DNA of 48,235 nucleotides from Paraglomus brasilianum (Eukaryota). The notes below the pieces were generated by a model that was not told the origin of the DNA, did no database searches, and worked only from the letters and a program-made list of their open reading frames with translations. Each line of letters starts with the position of its first letter. Position 1 is the stretch's first letter. Below, piece after piece: positions 12,401 to 25,499 of the stretch. Position numbers and translations under genes: made by a program. The stretch lies in contig CAJVPI010000152.1 in assembly GCA_910592345.1 (NCBI GenBank), positions 1-48,235 of the forward strand. The letters run 5' to 3'.

Positions 12401-14639
12401 AATTGTTAATCCAGCGTATACTAAAATTAATATCAATGTCCCTTGTCTATTGTTTCATAATTTCAACCTAATAACCTTGAGCTTTTGTGTCTAGGAAGAA
12501 AAGGGAAGGGAAGCCCTATTTTTTTTCCTAACTTTTGCATATTGTACCCAGATTCAGTTGCAAGGAGTTTAATCTCATAGTCGTGTTACATGGATTATAT
12601 TATTGACATTATAAGCATCAAGCAAACAAGTTCATGCAAACTTGTCAAGACGTAATGTATTGTGATTTGAACTTGTTTAAATTCGAGGTATTTTTAACAC
12701 CAGAGGCTGATTAGCATTATAGATGAGGTCAGAAAGATGCTTTAGTACTAGTTCATGGATCGAGTGGCGGGAACCTGAACAAATGTCTGGTAATGCGTGT
12801 CATACAGTATCCTACAATAAAATTTTAGGTTGCATAGTCCTGCACAAGCGTTGCTGTCAGTTTTAACAAAAACTCGTGATGTTGTATTTTTGATTTGTAT
12901 GTTCCACTATTCAATTTAATTAGGCATTGAATTGAAGCAAAGACAAATTCCTGCGATTTAACCAAATGTAGTGTGTGCTTATTTGTAACCAGCAATCAAG
13001 AAGCTAGCACATTTGCATGTAATATTAGCTACTCGATCTTCAATTCGTGGCCAAAATCAAGTAACAGATATGGTTTCAAACTCAGCTTCATGAGTGATAG
13101 TTTACAATTATAGCAAACATGTCAGAAATATATCGCTTTCTGTTACTATTGTGTATAGGCTCGATTTTCCAGAGAGTCAAACACATGTTAATGTCAAAAT
13201 TATTACCTATATTATGCAAGTAACACGTTCCAACAAAAAGTGAGAATATGGGCACCACACCTCGAACTCTTATGGCTAATAATTCTACATGGCTGATATT
13301 CTGTGTTCTTTTTTATCTTCTTGGCACAAGATGGAATGTAAAAGGGGTTAATTATTCTTCGCGAGAATGCAGATCATATCTTAATTAAACATAGCCTCCG
13401 TCTGTTAGTGTAACTCCCATTTCGGCTATAATCGGACCGAAACATCTTTATAGAAATCTGCCTAGCTTGTTATACGAAAAAAAGGGGAATGTTAAAAGTG
13501 GACATTCAAAATTTTTTTGGCACAATTCACGGCATTTAACGATAACAGCCGGGAAAAGCCATCGGGTTTCGTCGTACAACCTTTAAGTCCAAATATTGAC
13601 GGCGAATTCTTGTATCAATGGAGATTATTCCGCTATTAATATTTTAATAGCCAATTTTAGCAGGATATTAAAACATCACACATAATTAATATACCTGTCT
13701 AAACCGGTACTCAGCCACCCACCTGCTATGTCCATTCCTAAATACGTATCCGTAACTATTCCATCATTTTCGAGGTTATATTATTTGTCATCGATCGTGT
13801 GGATTGATGTGCTGGTTGTCGCGAGTGTTGTATTTAGTTCAATGGCAAGTCTTATCTATCAGATTGTCGTCTGTCACATTATCTCGTTCTAAATGCCACA
13901 ATTTACCAACATTTAATATATGCCTTTTCAGTAACTTACATATGAATATTAAATTATTGATACAAATTTTGTTAAGTTTTTATTTCGGCTATTAGATGGG
14001 TTGGTTGCCGGTTTTAAAATTTTTTGCGTCTTGTCTGTTGCTTTTTACGAGCTTTTCCAACTGAAGGCTACTATAGAGATAGTTTGACTAGGCGTCAGCA
14101 AGAAATTTTCCAAGAAATAAAAGTCACAGCATAACAATAATTAATTTAATTTACAATGTCTTCTGCTTGCCAAAACCGATAAAAAGCTAAAAACTATTAT
14201 TAAAAGTTATTTGGAAACTTTAAGTATTGGTTCAAGCAACAACAATAAAGTAGAGAAGAGTAGTATAGAGCAGGGAGCTTATAACAAACAGATTTACGGT
14301 TTATAGGAACCAGTAAGGTTTTCTAGTTCAACAGTATTGCACTCGGTAATGTTAATGAACTTGATGGTTAATTGGATATGTGCATATTGACGTGTATATA
14401 CGGCGTGCCGCATTAAGATTTAACTCTCAGGGAACCGGGTCTATTTATGCCTAATATTACAAAGCGTTTATTCTCGAATGGGTCCTCTATCAGTCTTCTG
14501 AGGATGCAGCCTTGGTAAAGCAAAAATAATTTATTCGTAAATAATTATTTGCAACAAATATAATGACATACGCAAATGGTATTGTACTAAATTATTTATC
14601 AATTATTTAAATCTGTATTATTTATTATAATCTAATACT

Positions 14640-15090
14640 TTGCACAAAAGATATTCGAAATGCTCGTTTTACGTTAAGGTTATTATATACAATGTGCGAA
14701 ATAGTCGTGAGAATGTCGTTTTTATTTAGAATAAATCAAAATAATATACTGCCTATGATATGGTAACCAAGATTACTTAGTAGTTTATCTTATTATCATT
14801 TCTTGCAATTATTTCCTCCAACCTTCTTGGCATGCTACGAGCCAAATTAACAAAAGTCTCAGTTTCAACTCTATTCCATTATCTCAAGAAAAGAATCTTT
14901 GGCGATTGCTTTTTTCCTTCTAATAATTTGTTGACTGGTTACTCCACAAATGGTTGATATCTGGGCTATTAGACGGCCAATCCATAATTTTGGGCATCAT
15001 ACGAGAAGTTCCATCGTTTCCTTATCTTTATGCTTCAGATTATTATCTTGTTGGGACATCCAACTAAGGGCGTTTGCGTTAGCAAAAAAA
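14640..15090 (-). mobile_element. Tc1-like transposase remnant, 3' half
   Basis: Minus-strand QQDNNLKHKDKETME..KIMDWPSNSPDIN..LWS..WNRVETETFVNLARSMPRRLEEIIARNDNKINY*. The left boundary is approximate. Confidence 0.8.
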
Positions 15091-15153
15091 AAAAATTCTT
15101 TTACGATAAAGCACACCGTTCATGATATCTGTAATTATAGTTTATGAGAGATA

Positions 15154-15560
15154 CACTCACCGGACAAAAGTTTGTACTCAAAACTATTAAATAAACTATT
15201 ACCAATTTTATATCTTTTGTTCTTAAAAAAAAGTTAACGTCAAACTTGTATCTGATGAGCTTTTGTTAAGACAAAAAATTGAAGACATTCAATTTCTTAT
15301 ATCCAACCATTAAAAAATTTATATTGCTTCCTAATTTTAATACCCCTCAATCCTTCTGGATATACAATCAATAAACTTCAGATCTTCCACGAGGAATTTG
15401 CACTCACTCTTGTTTTAAAAAATTTTCTAGTTTTCCTGAATTTCATGAACGTTTGGGACGACTTTTTTAACCTTTGACCAAGTTTATTCCACAAATGCTT
15501 AATTGGATTAAAGTCTGGTGACTGATAAGGCCAACCTTCAACATCTTGAGAACAAGACCT
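15154..15560 (-). mobile_element. Tc1-like element end with terminal repeat and transposase fragment
   Basis: TA followed by cactcaccggacaaaagtttg (Tc1-type terminus) at 15152-15174. Minus-strand WPYQSPDFNPIKHLWNKLGQRL. Confidence 0.8.
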
Positions 15561-17094
15561 TTCAAATAATATAAAATTGCAATTGTTTATTTGGTGATAT
15601 TTAAGAGAAAAATGCAAAAATAAGAACAAGACGGATGCCAATTTTTGTTTCAATAATAGAAACTCGTCAGATACACGTTTAGTAATTGTCCTGTGTATAC
15701 CAATATAAAACTTTTTGCAACACATAATAGGTGAGAAAAATAATATGTAAACGCGTAAACAATGCTTATATCTTCGATAACAAATTATTTCTCTAATTTT
15801 ATACATATTGTAGACATATGAATTTTCGACTCTGTATTTGCGTCACATCCTCACTCCGAGATCATAACTTCGCGTGTAAAATAGGGTTAAAATCGTTCCA
15901 AAAATAAAATAACTGTGTCTGTATACCGAGCATGTCATATAAACTCGATTACCTCAGACAGGCAATGCTTTGCTTGTAATGAGAATACATTGTTTAGGAT
16001 AACTAGAATAGTCTGTGAGAGCAAACGCTCAGAACACCAATATTTATCCTTAGTTAACGTAAAAACTGTGTCCCAAAGGTGAGTACATACAGCAGCTTTT
16101 TGAACGTGTGAAATAAGAATAAATACTAATACTATAATGTCACGTTTAACTGCCACATTCAACCCAGATTCCAAGTGCAAGGTGAATTTAATTATGGTGC
16201 CGAAGTCATAACTCGACAATAACGTGAAATTGTTTCAATTTTCTAGTGACGATTAGACCAATGGAATTGCGAAATTTTAATTATGGATAATTGATAAACT
16301 ATTACGTTTTCGTGTTCTATAATTTTGGGGTAATTACGATGTGATTTAAACTTAGTAACAGCCCATTCTGCGGCTCTACCCTTTAAATGGGAATCCAAGA
16401 AGCTGTCTCTTTATAAGTCAGCATAACTATAGTTACAAAGTCGTCTAGTTTCTCATTTTACATAAAGAACCCAATATCGTTCTATAAAATTGCAATAAAA
16501 TTTGGGTATCGTTCAAGACACGTCCTCTTTCGATAATTGCTTCTTCTAATAGCTTCTTCTAATATTAATCGTTGTTGTTGAAGCTAAATTATCAAGTTGA
16601 CAATTATATAGGCTTTCTATAGTGATATCTACAGGTATCGTTGATTTCGTCTATCAACAAGATGCTCAAACCGCTTTGTCAGCAGTTAGGAGGCTTACTT
16701 GGTTATTGGCATTGGAATATGCTGAGTAGACTTGGCGCGCACCAATGAGAATAATAACGAAATAAGGGTAGTCCGAGCATAGAGCGAGTTGTCAAAGTAG
16801 TGGGAGGATTTTTGAAATAGATGAAATGACTCGTATGTAACTTCTAAGTGGCATAATCGATATTATAATAATTAGTTAGTTATTTTATGACGCGGCGATT
16901 TATTTACTGAAAACGAGAACATACCTGTTTGCTGAAAAGTCGCGAATATCTGAATAAAACAACTTTTTTATTGCATTATTATTCTATTCGGTGCAGTACG
17001 CGTCAATAATGAGGATTTGTGTGTGTACGCCAATGTGCAGAATTTTCGCTCTTGTGCGTACTCTTTCGTGTCGTTGTTAAGTGTTAAGGGTTCA

Positions 17095-18510
17095 TTGTTT
17101 GAGGACTTGTTTGTGAGTTGTAGCAAATTGTCGTCTGTGCAGAATATGGAGTGGCAGCAAAGATTTGTTCGTTGCATATTTAACTTGTGGATAACGTAGC
17201 GTCTGAGTATATATGAGTAGACTGTCTAAATGTTTACCATTACTTTACTCACCGAATCTTGTCGTCTACCATGTGTTTGAGACGCTAATAATAGGTTGGG
17301 CTCGGAAATATTTGCTTGCGACTCGTGTGACCATTGTATATCGGGACTGGTAACTTTGTTCCTGAGTCCAGCCGAAATTACTTCAACAATCACGTCTGTG
17401 AAAGGTGTCGCATCCATTGAGCCAACAAACGCGTGTTTGAACTCTTTCATCGATTATGTTGTTGATAAACCGTGTCGTTACAGGACTTGTTCGGATGCAC
17501 GAAATATGGAGTAGCGACAAACGGTATTTGTATTTGTGCTTTGGAGGAGGAAAGGAGACGCGAAACAATATATGTGCAGTGGAGAGAAGCGCCTGAGTAA
17601 TATATGAGTAGACGCGTGTTTATCGGCTATGTGGTCGGTAAACCATATCGTTACAGGACTTGTTCGTGAGTTGTAGCGCACTGTCGTATGTGCAAAATAT
17701 GGAGTGGCGTAAAGGATTGTTTGTTGTATTTATTCAGCTCTGTGATGGAGAAGTCTAGCCAGTTTGTGTAGGCGAGATTTTTGTTTTAATGGCTTTCAGT
17801 TGAAGATTCTCAGCAATAGCATGTCCACAGAGGCAAACCATGCCAGGATGTCTAACAAAATGCAAATACCAAAATATGAGATTAACAAGATTTTGACTCA
17901 AAAAATCAAGCTACAGAGCTACCCATTTGATTCTGCATGTATATAATTAACAATATTATGATCTATCATAATGTTCTCCTGTGCATATTCATCAAAGAGA
18001 CGCTGTGTCTGCTGCAGACTGAAGTATGGGTTTTTGAGGGATTCAGCAGCATTGAAAAGTGATATGTGTTGATCAAATACAGTTCCACAGGCAACTATTA
18101 CTATGCAATAGAGAAGCGTCTAGGTGTTCGTGCGTTGTAGCAACTGTCGTATGTGCGCAATATGGGATTGTTCGTTGTACATTTAACTTTTAAATTGTAC
18201 GTTGGATTTGCGCTTTGGAGGAGAACATGTTGTGAAGCGATGCATGCGCAATAGAGAGAAGCGTCTGGGTGTGTATGTATGAGTAGACGTGTGTTTGAAC
18301 TCTTGATTAGTTAGTGGTCGACAAACCGTGTCATTGTGAGTTCGTTGCTTGATGACTTGTTCGTGTCGTATGTGCGTAATATGGATTGGTGACAAAGGTC
18401 TATTGCGTTGTATATTTAACTTATAGATAACATTGTATTTGCGCTTTGGTTGTTGTGAGAATGGAGAGAAGCATCTGGGTATATACTTATGAGTGGACGC
18501 GTGTTCGATG
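17095..18510. repeat. Degenerate tandem array of about 200-240 bp units (about 5 copies), interrupted at about 17760-18100
   Basis: Recurring blocks gacttgttcgtg, tgtcgtatgtgc..aatatgga (about 17143, 17503, 17696, 18159, 18378), gtatttgcgctttgg and gagagaagcgtctg.gt..atatgagtagacgcgtgtt (about 17214, 17605, 18280, 18490). Confidence 0.85.
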
Positions 18511-21500
18511 ACGAAGATGACAACCAATAGTAATAGTAAAGCATAAACGGTTTTCGATGAAATTTATGTTAATGCACTGTCGATGAAATAAAATAATTGT
18601 CGGCGAAATGAACCGAACCCCCACAGCCATTATCGATCATGTTATAACATGTCCATAATTGGAATCGGTTTATTATTATCGGGCAGACCCATCATATTAG
18701 ATTAAACAAGATTATTATTATGATAGTTGGAGGAAACTCTGATATTACCACAATCCAACACGAATATCGATAATATATTCTAATAATTATGAAGGCAACT
18801 ATATTCTTAATTGGCCAATCACCTATCGGATTCTTTAACAGTTGATTAATTTATCAAAATTGATAATGAGCTCAAAAAATACAGCTCTTTATTATCACAG
18901 TAGTTCACCATGGTTGCGAGAGGAATACGTCATAGTCACCTCTTGTTCTAATCTATAATATTTTTTATCTTTAGCGCTTATGTGTAGCTTGACAATAAAG
19001 TCATACTCTAAAGCTTCATATGGGCTGTAAGCAGAGATCCTGAACTTGAGAAGTAACTGGCTAAGAATGGATGATAGAGTATGTAGTATCCCAAAATATG
19101 GTTAAAATATTAAAAGACTAGGCTCGTGTTTAATGGTTAGTCGTTATTGACAACAAACATTGTTGTCAGCATGCATTATCTAATACCTAAGCAGTTGTTA
19201 CTATTACGTTCTACAGTAAATGAATAAATTATTTGTTCCTCGGGAGAAAATGTCATTCATAGTAATAGTTCTGATGGTTTTGGGTATGATAAACCACTCA
19301 TCAGTTTCACAAGAATCAAAACTTACTCGAAAAAAGTGATGTCAAACGTATACACAATATATTATTAATCCGTTTATTCTAGGAAGTTACACGAATACAT
19401 TATTTATTATCTGACTAAGTAATCAAACCGCCAAGCAAGCATCTAGTGTCGAAAGTAGCACGTGAAGAGTACCGCGCCCCGTCAATAACATGTTAATTTC
19501 ACGTCCGTCACCCAAGTAGCCGCATGTTGAGTAACATCTTCAACCTCAATGATAGTCTTGGTGGCTTTAGTTGTAGTAACGGTATCGGTTCGGTTGCCAT
19601 ATCCAGCAAGGAAATTGAATTTTGGATACTCTGATGAGGTTGAGGATCTTTCTCGGGGAACAGGTGAGCTTCAATCCTTATGCAGCGCGGCTTCATAAAC
19701 GTAAAATGTAACGTCAATTTCATATTCTCCAACTAGTTAGATAATAAGAATGTGAGAGTTAAGACATATGCGCATCTAGTCGCGAGATACTCCATATTGT
19801 TCCCGTGACCAATGGAATGCTTACTTTTATTTTAACTTTAGAGCACCACTCTCATGTTCTCCTCGTATGAACTTCAGGTTTCTAAATAAACCGCAGCAAC
19901 CACCAACAAATTCGTCTTCTTCCTCATATATCTCAATGCGTCTGTTGCTTATCGAGGAGAATCTTTTTACAAGGAAGCCAGGATTCTTTCGTTGTGCCAA
20001 CAAAACTACCGAGTTTCTTCCTACTAAAGACGGTATTTGTAACAGTGTCGCATTATTGATGGAAGACCTAGGTGCGTTAGACAATGTGCCAACAGTTTCC
20101 ATGCTTAATATCACCATGCATGGATGTGCCGTAAACAATATCTTTTTATAATTCAGATGTGCCTCGTGGGAAATGACTCACGATGTCGTTTTTCATGGCG
20201 ACTTAGTCCGTAACTAGCTTGTTTGTTGTTTTGACTGTTTTTCCTTACGTAATAAATCGTTTGTTTAGAAATTCTAATCTTGGTGTGTAAATTATGCCAT
20301 GTCAGCCAGCACAACGTTAGAAACGGCAATGTTGGTGTCCACACCCAGCAACCTTCATGGTGATCCTTGAACTATGAGTAATAATGTGATCTGGCGCAAA
20401 CGTTGACAAGGCTAACAGCATACGTCAACTATACGTACATAACATCGAATGTTAACTAACTTCATTTATTTAAGTAATCAATAAATGACAGTTCAATGAC
20501 GTTCCACGAAATTACGAGAGTGAATGACGTACAAATTCGTGTGAGTATTTTAATCGATCGACAAAATAATACTAACAAGCAAATTTCATCAAAGAGTAAG
20601 ATTAGACGTTTCATTTACTGGAATACCTTCGTTGTATTGATAATCATGTGTCAATAGGTTTTGCAATTTGAGCCTAAATTAGTTGGTGTTATTGAGGTTA
20701 GAACCGCGGCTGTTCCTTGACTGGTTATGTCAGCATTGAGACAGTGAACGAATGTATTTCCTTTTGCCAGATAACAAATCGATTAATGTTTGAGTCATAT
20801 GCGTTAATATTTATCGTGACTATTTGATCAAGTGATGTCATATTATTGTCTTAGTACGATTTAATTGAATACAGCAGCTGCTTTGGTCAGCCCCAGTAGC
20901 AAGAATTTTAAAAGCGTATATGGAATATTGGTGGTAAGTAATCACATGATACAAAGTATACTTTTCATAGGAGGTTAAATAATACGTTTGTCAATTTCTT
21001 GAAAGAAGAACCGCAAGGGGGAAGCGATATGCACTGATCGTGATAGTAGCGGTTGTCTTGGCGATTATCTAAGCGTAGACCAGTCTGATTTAAAGGCTGA
21101 TCCGTGAAATAAAAACAAACAAATAAACAAATAAGCAGGTTATTTAAATTATGGACACCAATAATACTAATACTGGTTTTTCATTTCCCATATACTGGTT
21201 TATTATTTCCCATATTTAGTATATCTTGTGAAATTATAATATATAAGGAGATTCGATTATTATCTAGTTCAAAGTAAAAATTCGATGAACTAGTTTATCG
21301 TCTGCGTAAACAGCCGATGAAAAATGGGTTCCAAATTGTTCTTCGCGCAACACAACCATCGCGTTCCATGTTTTTATTTATTGGCGCTGAAATAATGCAA
21401 TAATAACTTATACACATGCGCATATCCATGCTATGTCTGTAGTAAAGAGATCTCTTGAGTGTGGAATTCTTACTTTCAGTAACATTTGATTCTCGGTTTT

Positions 21501-22935
21501 ACGCTTAACCAAATGCACTTGCCTGCGTACTCTGGATATACATTATAGACAAGAGTTAAATATAATTCCTGGGAAATTGGATGTATTTCTTACTGCTACT
21601 AAAAAATTAATGTATATTGACACAAGGTAACATTCATTTCTTTGAGAAGCATATAAATGATGTAACGGTGCAATCTCTTCCTATTCTGACCTGCTCAAGA
21701 TCCAAGAGTGCATTGCGTATCGAATTCTTTTTTCCTATAGTTTGTTTTCCTGCAAATTGTTGCTGCATTCTTTTGCCTCTCAACAATGCCTCTGAATTAG
21801 AACATTTATTTTCAAATTCATATGAAAAGAATATAGTAGGTAAGTCTCTTAATCGACACGGGATATTATGAGAATATATTCTATAATCACGAGATTTTTG
21901 TTCAATAGACTTCTTCCCATTACAAAAAGTACAGCCATCAAATGGTTTTTATATATCATGACAACAAGAACTGCTGATAAAGATAAACAATTCCCTATCA
22001 ATGTTATATAATCGGAAATGCGCGTTTATTCCAAAAGGGATATCGTGTGAATAATATTATGGTTAACATTCGAAGGTTTACTCACGCTATTAAAGATCAA
22101 ATAGGATTAGTATGAGAAAAAGTTTGAAAAGGGCAAAAATTTTATTCCGACTTATTATAATACGTTTATCAACAATGAAGACAATTCGCAGGAATCAAGC
22201 TAACAACAGAAAATAATTCTAATTTGCACGTAGAATGCAGACCAAAGCTAATATCTGCAAATCGACGTCTGGGAAGTTTATAGCACAACCTAAACATTTT
22301 TGCAAATGGTTCATTGTCGTAAGCGACTATAATAAAAACCGAATAATCTCAAAAAAAGTGCTTGGTTTGCACTGTAAACAATTGTAAGTCTAATGAATTA
22401 GAGAATAAACAAAGTTGGAATTTCGTGCACATACATACCTTCGCGTTTGTCAATGTTGTGCCGACTACTGCGGAAGAGCGATTAGTATCGACCCTTGGAA
22501 TTTATCTATCGCCAACGGAGCGTGGCTTCTCCTATCAATAGTTAATTCTACTTTACAGTTAGTGACCTTGTAATCTCAACTTGCGATAACCTCTGCGTCG
22601 TTAGTGTACGCTAATCCTAGATAACGTACTTGTCCTCGAGTCAAATGCACGACTATCTACTGTGGTCAGTAGTAGGTCTCCAAACCAAATAAACGCGTTT
22701 CTAAAACGATTAAATTATCGTAATTTATGCCACTCGGACAAGAGACGATTATCCTTTGTCGATATAGAGATTAGCGAATTTAAACTATACCGATCAATTC
22801 AGGGCAAAAAAAATAGTTTATATTCAGAGTAAATGCGATACTCGTTTATTGACAAGAGAATAATACAATACTAATGACCACGGAAGCAAAACATACCGAA
22901 CTCTAGCTGAAACTTGCGCTGCTTTTATATATCTA

Positions 22936-23200
22936 CAGTATGGGAAGAAAAAACTTGCCTCATTTAAGTCTGTAAAACTTGCCAATTTTATTAAAAGTTA
23001 ATTCGTTTACCACCATTCTCAATAATTTCGTCACAACGTCTTTTCATCGATCCTATTAAATTTTTTATAATAGCGTCTGGAATATTATCCCACTCCTCGA
23101 CCATGCGCAAGTCATCAAGATTTTTTGGTTGCCATTTCTCTTAACAATACTCCATAAGTTTTCTATGGGGGTTGAGGTCTGGAATATTAGATGGCATAAT
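22936..23200 (-). mobile_element. Tc1-like element end with terminal repeat and transposase C-terminus
   Basis: TA followed by cagtatgggaagaaaaaacttgcc at 22934. Minus-strand PSNIPDLNP/IENLWSIVK...EEWDNIPDAIIKNLIGSMKRRCDEIIENGGKRINF*. Confidence 0.85.
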
Positions 23201-24155
23201 ATGAAAGATTCTCATACAAGATTGCAAGCTTTGCCCATAGATCCACCAACTCATTCAACATTGCCTGCTCTCAAAGACTCAATATGTCTGTAGATATGTA
23301 TTCTGAGCGAAATCACAAATGACATGACAGCTGATTATGGTGATGCGTGACACACTTTAAAAAGTCCACTCTAGCTACAGCAACATTTTCCTGATAAATT
23401 CATAATATCTAATATGGAGCAAACTGCAACAAAACCAGACAAAATGAACATTTGATTATGTGAGTTAATACTGGTTGATGTTGTAATTGCAATATGATTG
23501 TGATAGGATAACATTCACTAGTCTTATCTTTGAAACAATTTATATCATAACCTTCACTATAGCACAAAACCACCTAACACACATTGTAAAAGCATTCACA
23601 ACCCAATGCACGTTGTAATGCATTCCACTCTGCTGAACAAATGCTACTCTATGAACCCCCATTGCTCCTCTATTAACCCATACTGTTTCTTGTCCCCTCC
23701 ATTGATCTTTGAAATGAGTTTATTATTAGTTGCATCTTTATCAATATAGATATCATAAATGTTATCTGGAAATGCTATCAAATTGATTCACTGATATGTT
23801 ATATCGAATTACCTTGCCGAATTTTTGTCACATGAAAAAAATCTTATGGTGATGCTTCATGGTGACACTTTTTATACCCCCTTGATTATTTCATTTATAC
23901 CATGATTAGTTTCTTATATTTGTCACTATTGTCACTATGAAAATAAAACTTCTAGAAAAAAAAAACAAAACTTTTCCATGATACCTATATACGATATATG
24001 CTATACATACCTACGACATATAATTATTTGTCTTTTCAATTTGTGAGGATTCGGAAGTTTTAGGGTTTATCCAGGAATCAAGCCCAGTTTTTTAAGACTT
24101 GGAACAAAGTTTAATGTACCGAATTAACTTTATCTACGCTTTTTCGTTTTTCGTT

Positions 24156-24319
24156 TTTTCACGTCTTTTTTATTAATTCCTTTCTTTGAAGTTTCCTCAA
24201 TTTCGTCGTCTCCCAACGTTGCATCACTCTTTTTCATCTTCCGTTTTTTCACGTCTTTATTATACATTCCCTTCCTTGACGCATCCTCATTTTTATCGTC
24301 TCCCGATATCGCATCACTA
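24156..24319. repeat. 90-bp tandem duplication encoding a Lys-rich 30-aa unit on the minus strand
   Basis: SDAISGDDKNEDASRKGMYNKDVKKRKMKK versus SDATLGDDEIEETSKKGINKKDVKKRKTKK in ORF 24130..24360. Confidence 0.8.
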
Positions 24320-24559
24320 GATCGTTTATTCGCGCCTTTATTATTAATTCCCAAGTGCATATTGGGTTATTTTATTAATCCATCCCGGAATTTTCTGACA
24401 ATCTTCGCCTTTAGCTGTCTTGTATTTTTGCGGGGGAAATTTTTCAAAGACGTCCGGTGGCACGACAAAATATACATTAATGTTATTCACGTCTTCTCTC
24501 CACGCGAGCAAGCTGTTAAGTAAATAATAGGCAAAGGTCCTAATGGTACGCTGAGCATG

Positions 24560-25268
24560 GTATTCGATTGGATTAAAGGCGAAAAATTAACATTTAAAAA
24601 TTACTTGTGACAATGCGGGTGGACAGAATAAAAATAATACTACCATTTGATTTTATCTGTATTTGGTAATTTGCGGTTATTATGAATGTATCGGACTAAT
24701 TTTATGGTGTCTGGGCATAACTAAATTCAAGTGTGATGGTAGTTTTGGATGGATAAAAAGCTTTATAGAAAAACAACTGTGGGTTGTGTGAATCATATTG
24801 TTGAGGTTGTGAACAACTGGATTAAATAAGGCTCAGCGTTACGATAACGGAAAAGGGTTTCAATACTTAGATCTTAATTTCGTATTGGAGTTTTGCGTTC
24901 CTTTATTTAGTTGCACCTACGATTGAACGCTAAAGGTGCTCCTAATTCCGTATTGGGGATTTTCTTTGAAAGAATTGAATGGTTTACAAAAATGTCAGCA
25001 TTTTCTTTTTGAAGCAGCTCGACCTGGAGCTGTCAGAGCTCAGCTGGTTGCTAATGGTGCATTGACTGGATTTAATTTATTAAAAACTAGAAAAATAACT
25101 GTTTCTGAAATTATCAAAGAAATTAAATCCTTTTCAATCCTAGTTCTAAATCTTCCTCCTTTGGATTATAAAAGACAAGAATATCTTTATCATAATATTC
25201 GCCCATTTGTTAGAGATGAATTTAAAGACCTTACTTGTCCACAACCAATTTATACTGGCAATGAATAA
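24560..25268 (+). mobile_element. Degenerate Sola-like (DNxxGQNKN-type) DNA transposase remnant
   Basis: CDNAGGQNKNNTTI*FYLYL...NFMVSGH..KCDGSFG, with C-terminal RQEYLYHNIRPFVRDEFKDLTCPQP. Stops and frameshifts throughout. Confidence 0.7.
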
Positions 25269-25499
25269 ATTTTCTCCATTTCCTCCATTACCTCGTCACT
25301 CAATTTGTTTTCTGCTGTCATTATATTAATATTAAGTCTATTTTTTCAAAAAATATTGCTTGGCTTTTTCCGCTTTTAATTTTCAAAGTTTAAACAAAAA
25401 GAATATTAAAATAATTATATACTTATTAAATACTATTACTATATTAATATTAAGCATGTTATAACTTCAAGTGAAAAGTTTTAGTCTATATCTGTATCG

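Noticed and set aside
17095..18510. CRISPR-like array
   Set aside because: Units are long and degenerate with no constant short repeat plus unique spacers, there are no cas genes, and the context is eukaryotic.
21600..22760. Minus-strand splice-like signals and short ORFs
   Set aside because: No consistent open spliced frame or recognisable domain could be assembled.
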